This document shows, piece after piece, positions 62,918 to 64,000 of a stretch of 64,000 nucleotides of DNA. Below the pieces are notes generated by a model, which saw nothing but the letters and a program-made list of their open reading frames with translations, searched no databases and was not told where the DNA came from. A program made the translations under genes and the position numbers. Source of the stretch: the human T2T-CHM13v2.0 reference genome, Homo sapiens; assembly GCF_009914755.1 (NCBI RefSeq), contig NC_060947.1. One strand, written 5' to 3'. The first letter of the stretch is position 1. Each line of letters starts with the position of its first letter.

Positions 62918-63649
62918 GTAAGTGTACCAGGAAGGAAAGTAAGTCTATCTATTATCACTGAATTACAGTGAAAAACAGTTAAGTGTTTATTTGTGCCAAA
63001 TAACAGTTATTTTTGCTTAAACCATAACTTATTTAAATTTTAGTTAGAGCTGTACAGTTTTAGGCTCTCTATCTACACATAGAAAATGAGATCACAAATT
63101 GTTGGAATTACACCATTTGTGGCATCCATTGTGTAACAATAAAATGATAGCCCGGAAATATACTTTTTTCCTAAAATTGCAACAAAAATGATAAAATACA
63201 CAAGAATAAACAATATAAAATGTGTAAGATGTGTGAGAATAAAATGTAAAATTTTCATAGAGGAAATGATAGATAAATGTTGAGTTATATGGCCACATTT
63301 CTGGCTTAGAACAGTCAATATAGTAAATACGACAAATCTCAAATATTTCAAATTAACTTTAAATGTAATGCTACTTTAATCAAAATTTTGATGGGATTTT
63401 TTCAGAGGTTGACTCTAACTCTAAAAGTTCATCTGGGAGAATAAAAACTGTGAGAGAAATCCCAGATAAAAATACTAAGTTTAATTAGAAGGTAATCTAC
63501 CCCAAAAAATTCTAAAATATACTCTAAATGTATAATAATTAATATACTGGCAAAAATAAAAATATATAAGTATTCTAGTGAAATGAATAAGAAAATCCAG
63601 AGACAGGATAAATATGTGAAAAATATGTGAAAAATATACTAAAGGCAAT

Positions 63650-64000
63650 ATTTCTTTTATTATTATTATTATACTTTCAGTTCTATGGTAAATGTGCACA
63701 ATGTGCAGGTTTGTTATGTATGTATACATGTGCCATGTTAGTGTGCTACACCCATTAACTCGTCATTTACATTAGGTATATCTCCTAATGCTATCCCTCC
63801 CCCATCCTGCCACCCCATGACAGGCCCCAGTGTGTGATGTTCCCCTTCCTGTGTCCAAGTGTTCTCATTGTTCAATTCCCAACTATCAGTGAGAACATGT
63901 GGTGTTTGGTATTTTGTCCTTGTGATAGTTTGCTGAGAATGATGGTTTCCAGCTTCATCCATGTCCCTACAAAGGACATGAGCTCATCTTTTTTATGGCT
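63650..64000 (-). mobile_element. L1PA 3' end (runs off window)
   Basis: ttattattatacttt...catgtgccatgt...cccattaactcgtcatttacattaggtatatctcctaatgc. Confidence 0.93.

Overview
Repeat-dense, AT-rich primate genomic DNA, probably hominoid/human (AluY, LTR12C, MER11 and L1PA are present). It contains no intact protein-coding gene, and most listed ORFs fall in Alu, L1 or LTR sequence. The dominant structure is a ~20-22 kb inverted duplication: left arm ~4105-23872 and right arm ~31153-53575, with a ~7.3 kb spacer. The left arm is the native copy, because a MIR and a TSD-flanked MER4 provirus run continuously across its boundaries. The arms differ by arm-specific insertions and by two TSD-less L1 insertions associated with deletions. 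Their identity is patchy, which suggests arm-to-arm gene conversion. Outside the duplication, a + strand open exon (62714/62792-62917, GTAAGT donor) encodes the N-terminal half of a CNKSR/IPCEF1-type PH domain. Several weaker exon-like relics lie upstream. The window may therefore be the interior of a decayed multi-exon PDZ/PH scaffold gene; PDZPH1P is an unverified candidate. A TSD-flanked retrocopy of an mRNA 3' UTR is present in both arms. All identities and subfamily calls were made by eye and from memory of consensus sequences, not computed.
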